A stretch of DNA of 64,000 nucleotides from an uncultured virus (IMG/VR IMGVR_UViG_3300021964_000044). Taxonomy: Duplodnaviria; Heunggongvirae; Uroviricota; Caudoviricetes. How positions within the stretch are numbered: the stretch's first letter is position 1; each line of letters begins with the position of its first letter. Shown here piece after piece: positions 45,316-53,478 of this stretch. The stretch lies in IMG/VR virus record IMGVR_UViG_3300021964_000044; one strand, 5' to 3'. Below the pieces are notes generated by a model. It did not search any database. It had not been told where the DNA came from and saw only the letters and a list, made by a program, of their open reading frames with translations. The position numbers were made by a program, and so were the translations under genes.

Positions 45316-45418
45316 TCTGACGGATCACCTGTGAACAACAAGTGAGTTTGTGGATCAAGGACCGAGCTTCCTGATCCACACGCCCCCTTAAAACGAAAGT
45401 AAAACGGCAGATCAGAAA

Positions 45419-45517
45419 TTAAATTCCGTCGTTCTTTAAGATAAGAATGATGAACCAGAGCGTAGCGGCGAGGATTATTGTTAAGCCGCCAATGATTCCG
45501 AGTGGGAGGTCTGACAT
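45419..45517 (-). CDS. 32-aa single-TM microprotein
   Basis: Read manually: MSDLPLGIIGGLTIILAATLWFIILILKNDGI*. Confidence 0.5.
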   Translation of the reverse strand: MSDLPLGIIGGLTIILAATLWFIILILKNDGI

Positions 45518-45885
45518 TTTAGTCTGAAGTAAGAGCAGCCATCTGCATCCTCTGTGCCAAATTCAGGAAGTTCAAAGCTGCAATTTTCATTCACATTGTA
45601 TTCGCAGTTGTGACAATTTCTGGAGGATTTGACAGGTATTCCAGACAATTTGTCCATGTAATCTTTAAGCTTGTTTAGTATCCTCTCGTTCTCAATAGCT
45701 TGCCTAAAGAATGCTTCGCTTACTTCATATCGTGTGAAACGGTGTGAGCATTTGCTGCATTCGTAACGCCTGCATGTCGAGTTTGACATTGTATTGCGTT
45801 GGCTTGAGAGTACTTTCAAACCACGACCACGACAACTAGGACAAGTTCCTGAGTTGAGATTCATTGGATTCATTTGAGTGAGCAT
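45481..45885 (-). CDS. NrdR-like zinc-ribbon protein with a second Cys cluster
   Basis: CPSC....LKVLSS.......RRYECSKCSHRFT.YE; C..C.....C. Confidence 0.7.
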   Translation of the reverse strand: MLTQMNPMNLNSGTCPSCRGRGLKVLSSQRNTMSNSTCRRYECSKCSHRFTRYEVSEAFFRQAIENERILNKLKDYMDKLSGIPVKSSRNCHNCEYNVNENCSFELPEFGTEDADGCSYFRLKCQTSHSESLAA

Positions 45886-45917
45886 TGAAGAGACGAGAGA
45901 ATAGCTAAACTTAGGTC

Positions 45918-46008
45918 GTTGTTTATTTAAAGTATCGATCGTCCGCTAATGAGGGCTAAGCGGTAAGGTGGCGTCAGGTGCGCGAGCCGGTCATCAGCCC
46001 TCAACAAC
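45918..46008 (+). ncRNA. candidate structured ncRNA with a pseudoknot
   Basis: Four complementary pairings in 91 nt of intergenic DNA plus an upstream CTAAACT box; strand inferred from GU pairs. Confidence 0.4.
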
Positions 46009-46202
46009 TATGTGATGTATGGCCAGGAGACTTGTACGTCTAGTTGCCATAGATCAGGATCAATGGGATTGAGAAGAATGTGGTCTCGCAGGCGTTCTTT
46101 CATTTCCTGAGTAGAAACACCAACGCTGCTAGCAGTGACAGCAACGTTGGCTTGACCTCTATAAAGCGTGTGGAGCGCTTCTTCTATGGACGAAGGCTTC
46201 AT
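46008..46202 (-). CDS. small HTH-like cyanophage protein
   Basis: AL..LY.G..NV...A...GVS..EMK; ATG 46202 chosen. Confidence 0.6.
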   Translation of the reverse strand: MKPSSIEEALHTLYRGQANVAVTASSVGVSTQEMKERLRDHILLNPIDPDLWQLDVQVSWPYIT

Positions 46203-46852
46203 TGACCTTGAGGCTCGCAGAAGAAAGCTTCGTAGATACAAGGAAATTCATTTAGGAAAATATCTTTCACCGCATTGGCGACGATCCTATGTTCGTATTG
46301 TGTTTCCTTTGAAGCGCGAACATCGATGTAGAAAAGCCAGTCACGGAGTGTGCCGGACATATACATTGTTGTCGGAGAGCATAATGGCAAGATTGAACGC
46401 GCACATTCTTTAGCTATTCCTGCCTCTAACATGCTTTCATATAATTTATAACCTTCATCAAAATGTTTTTGAATCATATTCTGAAACTCTGTAACTAGAT
46501 CTTCGTTAAGATCATCGAAAGAGTTTTGTCGGTTCTTAAAGTCAGCCCTCCTTAAGTTAGGCACTTTCGCTCTAGGTGCAACTGCATAGCGCTGGCTATA
46601 TTCTTGATAATGGAAAGCCCTATGGCGTATTATTTGAGCGCTAATTTCGCGTGTTGTTTCTATCTTCACGCACATGTTGGCCATCTCAAAAGGAGACCAA
46701 TGTCTGTGTTCAATCAGATAACGGGTTAACTTAGGCGCCGTTTTGTGATTGCCTTGATTCTTAGGGTTGCTCACTCTGGCCATGTCGACCAGCCTGAGCT
46801 CAGCCTCAGGAGTAACCCACTCCAATGTGACATTAAGTTCCTTCAATTTCAT
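46199..46852 (-). CDS. thyX: flavin-dependent thymidylate synthase
   Basis: HWSPFE, QIIRHR.......SQRY, GIAKECAR.ILP, TQ.EHR. Confidence 0.96.
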   Translation of the reverse strand: MKLKELNVTLEWVTPEAELRLVDMARVSNPKNQGNHKTAPKLTRYLIEHRHWSPFEMANMCVKIETTREISAQIIRHRAFHYQEYSQRYAVAPRAKVPNLRRADFKNRQNSFDDLNEDLVTEFQNMIQKHFDEGYKLYESMLEAGIAKECARSILPLCSPTTMYMSGTLRDWLFYIDVRASKETQYEHRIVANAVKDIFLNEFPCIYEAFFCEPQGQ

Positions 46853-47460
46853 TCTCCTACGGCGAGACGGCTTGCCTTGGTGTGCTTATCGAGTTCATGC
46901 TCATGAATGATCCGGCTATCTTGAACCCATTCAGGAGCAGTTCTTCCATCCCACTTTACTTGAAAAAATGTGCGCAATGCATATCCTGCCTTTGCTCTAC
47001 GGCTTAAGATTTTACGTTTCTCGACACCAATGAGTACACCGTGCTTCAGATTGTTGGGAGCTGCTCCTAAAGCAAGGGCACTCTTTACACCAGGGCGTTC
47101 GCAAACACGCTCACCGATCTCGAAAACTCGTGTTGATTTTGTCATGGGTTTGATAGTTTTGGTTTCTTCTAAAGGTTGAATGAAGTTTGTAAGTTCATGT
47201 TCGTGGATCAGCCTGGCGGAATGAATCCAGCGAGTTGATTGATGTCCGTCGAAACGAACTTCGTATTGGATTCTGATGGAGGTGCCTGAGGCGGTGCGTT
47301 TGTCACGTTGTTTGATGACGCGGTGCCCAAGCACAACCCCTTTGCGAATGCTCAGTGTTCTGGATTGATCACTATGAAGCGATGGCAACGCAGATGAATT
47401 GTTCATCGGGCGTTCACAGATGCGGTCACCTGGAACGTACTTGATGTTGAGAGGTGACAT
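46849..47460 (-). CDS. protein with two tandem SH3/KOW-like repeats
   Basis: GDRICERP...EVRFDG...IHEHEL and GERVCERP...QVKWDG...IHEHEL. Confidence 0.65.
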   Translation of the reverse strand: MSPLNIKYVPGDRICERPMNNSSALPSLHSDQSRTLSIRKGVVLGHRVIKQRDKRTASGTSIRIQYEVRFDGHQSTRWIHSARLIHEHELTNFIQPLEETKTIKPMTKSTRVFEIGERVCERPGVKSALALGAAPNNLKHGVLIGVEKRKILSRRAKAGYALRTFFQVKWDGRTAPEWVQDSRIIHEHELDKHTKASRLAVGE

Positions 47461-47487
47461 TGATCTGTGGCTTGCTTCTATGAAATG

Positions 47488-47751
47488 CTATTCATTGTTT
47501 GTGTCTTTGAGAAGATGTTCGTAACCTGGCGGTGGCTTGATGATGTAGTTAGCAGCTAGGTTGTCGAATTCAATTTTGAAGATCTGGGTTGGATCTCGTT
47601 TGAGCTTTAGAACCCACCGTGGTTGCCCCAGTAAACCACCTCCTTCCATTGGTGGGATCAAGGCGAGGATTGTGAATCGCTCGCCATCACACTGGCGTAT
47701 TGCAGTGCAACCCATGAAGTCAGCTGTGGGGATCTCGAAGAGTTCAGCCAT
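47488..47751 (-). CDS. hypothetical protein
   Basis: ATG 47751 directly after the upstream stop. Confidence 0.55.
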   Translation of the reverse strand: MAELFEIPTADFMGCTAIRQCDGERFTILALIPPMEGGGLLGQPRWVLKLKRDPTQIFKIEFDNLAANYIIKPPPGYEHLLKDTNNE

Positions 47752-47752
47752 G

Positions 47753-48244
47753 TCAGAAAGGGATTCTTTGGTCAATACGTGAACTTTGACCAAGGGAATT
47801 GAAGGCTTGTTCCAGCCTCTCAGCTCTTTCCTCTTTGACAACGTGAGTCCTAGGAGGCGTGCCTGTCTGCCTGGCAGCAGCTTCCACGAATGCTTGCTCG
47901 AAGTCTCGCATCGGATCAATGTGCGCAATCTGTTTAAGGTGATTGACCATTGCCTTCGAGGCCCCAACTTGAGCAGAGATGTTTCCCGCTTCTTTAGCAT
48001 CCATACGATCCTGCTGGAGACAAGCAAGAACTTGAGCAAACATGAACGCACGATCCTGTGGAGCAACAGACTCAACGAGAAGCTGCCGTCCTTCACGTAC
48101 GTAGCTCCTGGCTTGTTGAGGCGACACTCCATATTTCTGAGCCAGAGTCTTGACAACGCTTCGCCCTGGCCACCCCTCCGATAGAAGATTGGCTGCTTCT
48201 TCTTGTCGTTCGAGAAGTTGTTCATTGGTTGAGCGGATAGTCAT
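47753..48244 (-). CDS. HTH-containing phage protein
   Basis: LL.EG......V..LAQKYGVS.QQARSYV; ATG 48244. Confidence 0.65.
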   Translation of the reverse strand: MTIRSTNEQLLERQEEAANLLSEGWPGRSVVKTLAQKYGVSPQQARSYVREGRQLLVESVAPQDRAFMFAQVLACLQQDRMDAKEAGNISAQVGASKAMVNHLKQIAHIDPMRDFEQAFVEAAARQTGTPPRTHVVKEERAERLEQAFNSLGQSSRIDQRIPF

Positions 48245-48474
48245 AGTTTTAAGGGCAGAGGTTGTAGGTCTTGAACTTCCCAATCAGTTTTACCAACTTG
48301 TTTGAGATAGCCTTTGTGAATTGAAATGCGCTTGGGGTCAGCTGAATTGCGAACGAGAGCGGTCAGCTTTGCTGTGGCTTCTGGCCAAGAGAAGGCACTG
48401 TCCACAAGGTTGTCGTCGTAGTGAAGTTGCCAGACGATGTGACGCCAGCTGGTGATCTCTCGGATTGGTTTCAT
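48241..48474 (-). CDS. hypothetical protein
   Basis: 77-aa ORF coupled on both sides. Confidence 0.55.
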   Translation of the reverse strand: MKPIREITSWRHIVWQLHYDDNLVDSAFSWPEATAKLTALVRNSADPKRISIHKGYLKQVGKTDWEVQDLQPLPLKL

Positions 48475-48944
48475 TTAGCAGGGCGGCCTTCGATGTAGGC
48501 CTTGATGGTTGGTGTTGCAGAGCCGTCGAATTGCTCTGCCTTTTGATCCACCTTGAGGTGCTCCAGCTTGATCTTTAGATCGTTGCTGTACTCCCAGCTA
48601 GTCCGCATCCGCAGCTTGATGACATAAGAGCCATCAGTCGTAGCCATGCTGTCCAGTTCATGCACCTGGAGGTGTCGTGTAAGACGAGTCTTGATCGGAT
48701 CCATCTGTTCAGACAGCGCTGCGATCTTCAACTGAAGAGTGCGGTAAGCCTCGATGTCTGCTTGGATTGGATCGACGGCGACTGGGCTTACTTCCTTCTC
48801 GGCTGTTGCTGCTGCTGCTTTAGCAGCGGCTGCCTTCTCCGCATTGCTGGGGCGGCCACGGCGACGCTTTGTCACTGTGGTTTGGATAGCTGTAGGAGGG
48901 AGGTTGTTCTTAGCTGTTCTAAGAGCAGTGGATTGAATGGTCAT
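48471..48944 (-). CDS. AT-hook plus coiled-coil protein
   Basis: KRRRGRPS AT-hook; heptad segment; ATG 48944 chosen. Confidence 0.6.
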   Translation of the reverse strand: MTIQSTALRTAKNNLPPTAIQTTVTKRRRGRPSNAEKAAAAKAAAATAEKEVSPVAVDPIQADIEAYRTLQLKIAALSEQMDPIKTRLTRHLQVHELDSMATTDGSYVIKLRMRTSWEYSNDLKIKLEHLKVDQKAEQFDGSATPTIKAYIEGRPAK

Positions 48945-48991
48945 GGTGATGAAGGTTGAGAGAGTGGAGGGATACCTATATATGTGGTGGG

Positions 48992-49035
48992 TATATATAG
49001 GCTTGCGTAGTGGTGGAGTCTTCTCTTGAGTTGAT
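48992..49035. repeat. 44-bp intergenic repeat, copy 1
   Basis: 36/44 identical to 49876-49919 by manual alignment. Confidence 0.75.
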
Positions 49036-49229
49036 TCTCTTTGAGAAGCTGGTTGCAAGACTAGGAAGTCTGGATAGTTTGATTAGGAAGTGTTCATAGG
49101 TTGTCACTTGTTTGGATTGAAAGGGTTTAGTTCTGTGGCGTCAGCATTCCTGTTGATGCTGGGCTGCTTTGCTGTTGCTGCTGGCAATGTGTTGACTGCT
49201 CAGACAGCATGCAAGGCACCTGATACCTA

Positions 49230-49424
49230 TCAGGAAATGTGAGACACTTCTTCTTGCAAAAGGTTCTCAATAGCCGGGAGGAGGGTGTTCTCGATCACTT
49301 CCAGCTGTGCATCAGTTAGGTCTTTCGTCTCGTTGTGGTTCTGAAGGAGACGCTTGGTGCGCTTCTCGAAGAAGTACAGAAGCGTCATCATGTCCATCGT
49401 GTGGATGTTGTAAGAGCTGATCAT
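49230..49424 (-). CDS. hypothetical protein
   Basis: 64-aa ORF, C/T/A-rich leader. Confidence 0.55.
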   Translation of the reverse strand: MISSYNIHTMDMMTLLYFFEKRTKRLLQNHNETKDLTDAQLEVIENTLLPAIENLLQEEVSHIS

Positions 49425-49444
49425 GAGAGGAAAGGGTGAGTGGA

Positions 49445-49810
49445 TTAGATGAGAGCTAAGAGTCTGAGCCAGCTGTCCGGGTGATCGTGTTCTACCTCGT
49501 CAAAGCATGGGGTGTAGCAAGGTTCGTTATCGAACAGCCACGCTTCACCTTCACCTTGGGTAGGAACTTCATACCAGCCTTCGAGTGCTGCTCGCTCAGG
49601 CTCTGAATAGTTGCCTCCCGTTGGCACCCAGTAGAGCCTCAGGAAGCCGTTGTCATCCTTGTAGACATCATTAGCCTTCTGGGTAACGCGAGGCATTACA
49701 GAGGGGTCGTAGGTCACAGGGACTTCGATTTGCTGGTCGGCCTCTTCCTGGCTGTTGAGGGGTATATAGGATATTTCTTCGGCAAGGAGTCGTTGTTCTG
49801 GAGTGAGCAT
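49445..49810 (-). CDS. hypothetical early protein
   Basis: TP..DEVEHDHPDSWL.LL.LI C-terminal motif of cyanophage early genes. Confidence 0.65.
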   Translation of the reverse strand: MLTPEQRLLAEEISYIPLNSQEEADQQIEVPVTYDPSVMPRVTQKANDVYKDDNGFLRLYWVPTGGNYSEPERAALEGWYEVPTQGEGEAWLFDNEPCYTPCFDEVEHDHPDSWLRLLALI

Positions 49811-49875
49811 GGTGAGAGTCTGTGAGTGGAGTGATGGAGTTGGTTCCTCTGTTGAGGTTGCATAGATTGTCTGTC

Positions 49876-49919
49876 TATATATGGGCTTGCGTGGTGGCGG
49901 TCACTTCTCCTGAGTGGAT
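49876..49919. repeat. 44-bp intergenic repeat, copy 2
   Basis: See copy 1. Confidence 0.75.
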
Positions 49920-49932
49920 CTTTAGATTGTCT

Positions 49933-50154
49933 TTATGATTCCCAGGTGTACTTCATGTTCCCGATCGTATTCCCATTGCTGTCCTTGATTACTGTTGTTA
50001 AGTCATTGATCGATCGATACTCTCCCTGCGCTGTCTCCATCTGATCCTGGATAACAGCCTTCAAATAACTGAGGACGTTATCAATCTCCTGGAACACTTC
50101 GTAGTCTGAGTCACCGAAGGATGCGTTCTCTGTGTCGAATAAAATGCTGATCAT
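49933..50154 (-). CDS. hypothetical early protein
   Basis: I.F.TENASF...I.DSNGNTIG motif of a recurring phage family. Confidence 0.65.
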   Translation of the reverse strand: MISILFDTENASFGDSDYEVFQEIDNVLSYLKAVIQDQMETAQGEYRSINDLTTVIKDSNGNTIGNMKYTWES

Positions 50155-50193
50155 GATAAAGAAAGTGACGAGTGAGTGAAACAGCCGGAAGAA

Positions 50194-50346
50194 TTAATGT
50201 GAAGTGAAAGTTAACTTCTTCTCGATCTTCTCTTTCTCTGCCCGCAACCTCAGAACGGTGCCGCTGTCCAACTTCTTATCAGGGTTGAGCAGCTCCTCGA
50301 TCAGTGCCAACTTCTCCTGGAGCTTCGAGTGCATTGATTTGGCCAT
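50194..50346 (-). CDS. hypothetical 50-aa protein
   Basis: ATG 50346 chosen. Confidence 0.5.
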   Translation of the reverse strand: MAKSMHSKLQEKLALIEELLNPDKKLDSGTVLRLRAEKEKIEKKLTFTSH

Positions 50347-50439
50347 GGGTTTCGAGCGGTGACGGTGGGACAGGGATAGACAGAACGTAGAAAGAGAAGG
50401 CGATGCTGGTGGTGGCCAGGAGTAAAGGAGCAACGCCCC

Positions 50440-50676
50440 TCAAGAGGCCAACCACATCCTTTCTTCGTCGCTTTCTGTAGCTTTGGGTCGGAAGCATGCT
50501 TGGAGATCCGTTGGTAGCTGTGATCGGGTGTTGCTGTAGCCATCCTTCTGTAACTCCAGAAGGTTGAGGTTGTTTCCCTCGCTATCAACTTGATTGGCGA
50601 GGGATCGGGCGAAAGCTCCTCTCTTCAAAGGCTTGTATGTCCTCTTCTTAGATGGATCTTTCTTGCGGCGGGCCAT
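50440..50676 (-). CDS. hypothetical basic protein
   Basis: ATG 50676 chosen (MARRKK...). Confidence 0.55.
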   Translation of the reverse strand: MARRKKDPSKKRTYKPLKRGAFARSLANQVDSEGNNLNLLELQKDGYSNTRSQLPTDLQACFRPKATESDEERMWLAS

Positions 50677-50745
50677 GTGTTGCGGTGTGGTCGCGTTGAT
50701 GGTGGCCCAGGCTGTCCAGACGTGCAACGGCCAGGGTTGGGAGCC

Positions 50746-50907
50746 TTAACCGTTTGTCGCACTTAGCCTGATCTGCTCCAACTGGAAGTCAGGCAACGTC
50801 TCAGCCAGGTGGTTGAGGCAGTCATCCCTATCCACACACTCGGTGATGGTGGTGAATAGGAACTTGTCTGGGTTGTCTTTGCGGGACAGGATGCAATCGA
50901 ATGTCAT
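50746..50907 (-). CDS. hypothetical 53-aa protein
   Basis: Read manually: MTFDCILSRKDNPDKFLFTTITEC...; ATGA coupling. Confidence 0.55.
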   Translation of the reverse strand: MTFDCILSRKDNPDKFLFTTITECVDRDDCLNHLAETLPDFQLEQIRLSATNG

Positions 50908-51161
50908 TGGTCTAAGGGTTGGGAGGATGAAGGGGATCGTTGAAACGGGAAGGTAGGGACTACGCGGAACTGGTGAACGTAAGCATCAATCGCTGCTCTC
51001 TTGTAGTCCTTGAGTGTTAGGAATGGGCCGATGCGTTTGTCTGTGTAGTTGACAAAGCGTTCGTACTTTCGTCTTGCGTCGTTGAAGATGCTGCAGGGGC
51101 TCCCACCCGTGGCTCTGAAGAGCTCGTGTGCATCGATGACTGACATCTTTGGAACTTTCAT
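50904..51161 (-). CDS. hypothetical protein
   Basis: 85-aa ORF. Confidence 0.55.
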   Translation of the reverse strand: MKVPKMSVIDAHELFRATGGSPCSIFNDARRKYERFVNYTDKRIGPFLTLKDYKRAAIDAYVHQFRVVPTFPFQRSPSSSQPLDQ

Positions 51162-51183
51162 GGGTTGGTCAGGGTGTGTGTGG

Positions 51184-51279
51184 TTAGCCGCCTTCAGCGA
51201 ATGTGATCAGGATCAGAACAGACATCAGGATCCCTGGCAGTAGCAAAAGGATCAGAAGTCCGAGGTCATGGAGAGTCAT
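51184..51279 (-). CDS. 31-aa single-TM microprotein, Norf4-like
   Basis: Read manually: MTLHDLGLLILLLLPGILMSVLILITFAEGG*; ATGA-coupled to the upstream gene. Confidence 0.65.
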   Translation of the reverse strand: MTLHDLGLLILLLLPGILMSVLILITFAEGG

Positions 51280-52055
51280 CGACCAGTGAGCTGTGGTGTG
51301 GAGCTGCGAGTCACCTGACGGTTGACTGAGGTGGAGCGGCCAGCGGCTTGACCAGCACGGGTGCCATTGCCTCCGAAGGTTTGACCGGAGCCAGAGCGAA
51401 GGCGTGGGTAGCGCTGCTTCACCAGGGCGTCGACTGCCTGTTGTTCGATGGTGTCCCGCTTCACCAGGGCCAGCCCACCTGTCACCCCTTGGGCTTGAGG
51501 TTGCTCTTTACGGCTTGCCATCTTCTGCTCCTGCAGCTTGTCTCGGATCGCGTTGGCGAATCCCTTGCGGAAGTTGAGACGGAAGGAGCGGGAGCTGTGA
51601 CCCTCAGCAACTGACTTAGCTTTGGCCTCGTCAGCCAGACGCTCCATCACTTCCTTTAGATAGGTGAAGTACAGCTCGATCTGAATGCGGTTGCCCTTGG
51701 TGGCCTGGATCTCGATGACGCTGGAGTTGTATCGATAGCCATCCATGCCCAGCTTGAAGCCGTCCTCCCGGCGGATACCCCGCTGGACTGTGCGTCCGTT
51801 GAAGTGGCGGGCTACGGCATTGAGCAGGCTCCAGTCAGCATGATCGACACGGTTGAAAGGAGTGCCCATCACCCAGAAGGTGGCCTCGTCACGCTCCGGA
51901 TCGAAGTCAGGGTTGATGTCCTCTGGAGCCAGTCCGTGCTCACGGCAGAGACGCTCAACAAAGGCGGCGGCGTTGGCAGCCTCCCCGGCGTTGTCAGACT
52001 GCTGCATGCGGAGCAGCTTGGCGATCTTGGCCTTGATGCTTGCGGTGTCGGTCAT
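51276..52055 (-). CDS. DUF2786 domain protein
   Basis: KIAKLLR...S.N.GEAA.A......L...HGL; SFR..F..GF; G..AG. Confidence 0.8.
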   Translation of the reverse strand: MTDTASIKAKIAKLLRMQQSDNAGEAANAAAFVERLCREHGLAPEDINPDFDPERDEATFWVMGTPFNRVDHADWSLLNAVARHFNGRTVQRGIRREDGFKLGMDGYRYNSSVIEIQATKGNRIQIELYFTYLKEVMERLADEAKAKSVAEGHSSRSFRLNFRKGFANAIRDKLQEQKMASRKEQPQAQGVTGGLALVKRDTIEQQAVDALVKQRYPRLRSGSGQTFGGNGTRAGQAAGRSTSVNRQVTRSSTPQLTGR

Positions 52056-52089
52056 GAGAGTGAGAGCGAGTGGAGGTGGTGGGAGAGAG

Positions 52090-52332
52090 TCAGCACTGAT
52101 GCCAGTCGTAGGGTGCGTCGATGTCATCAACACACCAGGCCCAGGTCTCTAGGCATTCCTTGTTCCTGTCGAACAGCCGCATCTCGTCGCAGCTGCTGGC
52201 CTCAACCTCGCGGTCAAGGTCGATGCACTTCTTGATGTAGGCCTGGGCGTCAGCCACCTGGGCGAAGTGCTCAGTGTGGACTGGCTGGTAGTGGTAGAAG
52301 CTGTGCTGGTTGTAGAGAGTGACGGTGTACAT
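52090..52332 (-). CDS. hypothetical early protein
   Basis: 80-aa ORF with host-like codons. Confidence 0.6.
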   Translation of the reverse strand: MYTVTLYNQHSFYHYQPVHTEHFAQVADAQAYIKKCIDLDREVEASSCDEMRLFDRNKECLETWAWCVDDIDAPYDWHQC

Positions 52333-52374
52333 GGCGGAGTCAGACGGGTGAGTGTGTGGTGGAGGGGAGGCCCC

Positions 52375-52587
52375 TCACTTGGTGCGCTGGAGGTTGTGCA
52401 CGTTGGCACCGCCCATAAAGCAGCCATCAGGGCCAGCGAAGTCCCATTGGATGGTGGCCAGCTCACCCGTCAGCTTGGTGATGACCCCTCGAGCTTGGGG
52501 AGTCCAGCCGGTGTGCGCACCGATAAGGCGGCAGAACTTGGAGCTGTAACGGACGCGGTCGCCTGCTTTGAAAGATGTCTGAGCCAT
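52375..52587 (-). CDS. small SH3-like early protein
   Basis: FKAGDRVRY...RGVI......ATIQWD...NL. Confidence 0.65.
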   Translation of the reverse strand: MAQTSFKAGDRVRYSSKFCRLIGAHTGWTPQARGVITKLTGELATIQWDFAGPDGCFMGGANVHNLQRTK

Positions 52588-53176
52588 GGTGCTGATCCTG
52601 CTAGGTGGATTGTTCTTCGGGTTCGCTTCCGATCCCGTTGGAACAACAATACACGATCGGCGAGCTTGTTTCGGGCTTTCCTGCCATTCTCGGCTGGATC
52701 GTTACACTCTGTTGTATTAAGTGCAGCGCTCTGTTCCCCATACAAGGCCTTGCACAGGCCCATCAGGCTGCCCTAGTGTCACCCCTGCATGCCTGAGCAT
52801 CGGACCCCGCCCCTGGCCCCCTGACCCCCTCTCAAAGGCCAAATCAATTTCCACAGGTCACTTACGCGAGACCAGAAGGGCCCCAATTTTGACGGGGAAC
52901 CTGGCCGCCCGGCCTTCCTTTCCCCAGAAAAAGCCCCCATTAAGGGGAAAAAAGGGCACAAAACGGGCAAAATGTCAATATTTCGTTACATTTCGGTGAC
53001 AATTGACAAAATTACCCCGGTGTGATCCACTCCGGGACCTCCCTTCACCCCCTGGGCACCCCTTCCCCTGTCCAGAACGTGTCCAAACCCCTGGCCAACC
53101 CCCGAGATCGGGCATCCTGACTGGGTTCCTGGCCTTGCGTACCTGCTTTTGAGGCAGATACGCGGCAGATGGACAC

Positions 53177-53198
53177 AAAAAAAGGGGCTCGAGGCCCC
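53177..53198 (-). terminator. intrinsic terminator
   Basis: GGGGC-CTCGA-GCCCC followed by T7. Confidence 0.75.
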
Positions 53199-53229
53199 CT
53201 GAGACTAAGTTTGGACGGGTGAGACACCC

Positions 53230-53433
53230 CTAGAGGCGCTCGGTGAGCTCGAATTGATCTTTCCAAAGTGGCCCATGGTCTCCGAACGGTTGAGAATCAA
53301 AGACCCGGAGATCAAACCCACTATTTGATGCAAACTCGGCGAGAATCACGCTTAAGTTGTTGAGATCCTCCCGGCCTCCGGTAGTTTGAATCCTAATCTT
53401 TCGCGCTTTCAGGTTGCGGCGGGGGTCTGGCAT
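53230..53433 (-). CDS. hypothetical protein
   Basis: ATG 53433 chosen; lies between two terminators. Confidence 0.45.
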   Translation of the reverse strand: MPDPRRNLKARKIRIQTTGGREDLNNLSVILAEFASNSGFDLRVFDSQPFGDHGPLWKDQFELTERL

Positions 53434-53455
53434 GGTCTCAGCAGATAAAAAGAGC

Positions 53456-53478
53456 AAAAAAACGGGTGATCTCACCCC
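53456..53478 (-). terminator. intrinsic terminator
   Basis: GGGTGA-GA-TCACCC, G, then T7 right after the 53479 stop. Confidence 0.65.

Noticed and set aside
45425..45460. GTTCATC...GACGGAA resembling the start of a glutamine (Downstream-peptide) riboswitch
   Set aside because: Lacks the downstream GUA...GAAGGAACG part and is explained as coding for the 32-aa TM peptide
45991..45997. CTGATGA on the minus strand suggesting a hammerhead ribozyme
   Set aside because: No stem II plus GAAA or stem III in the required arrangement
47752..48225. N-terminal extension of the 245-aa ORF 47488-48225
   Set aside because: Alternative frame of the 47753-48244 gene; the plausible start is ATG 47751
52779..53266. 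Several 60-90 aa ORFs in the C-run-rich block
   Set aside because: Pro/Gly/Arg-rich translations typical of GC-rich non-coding DNA, lying beyond a terminator
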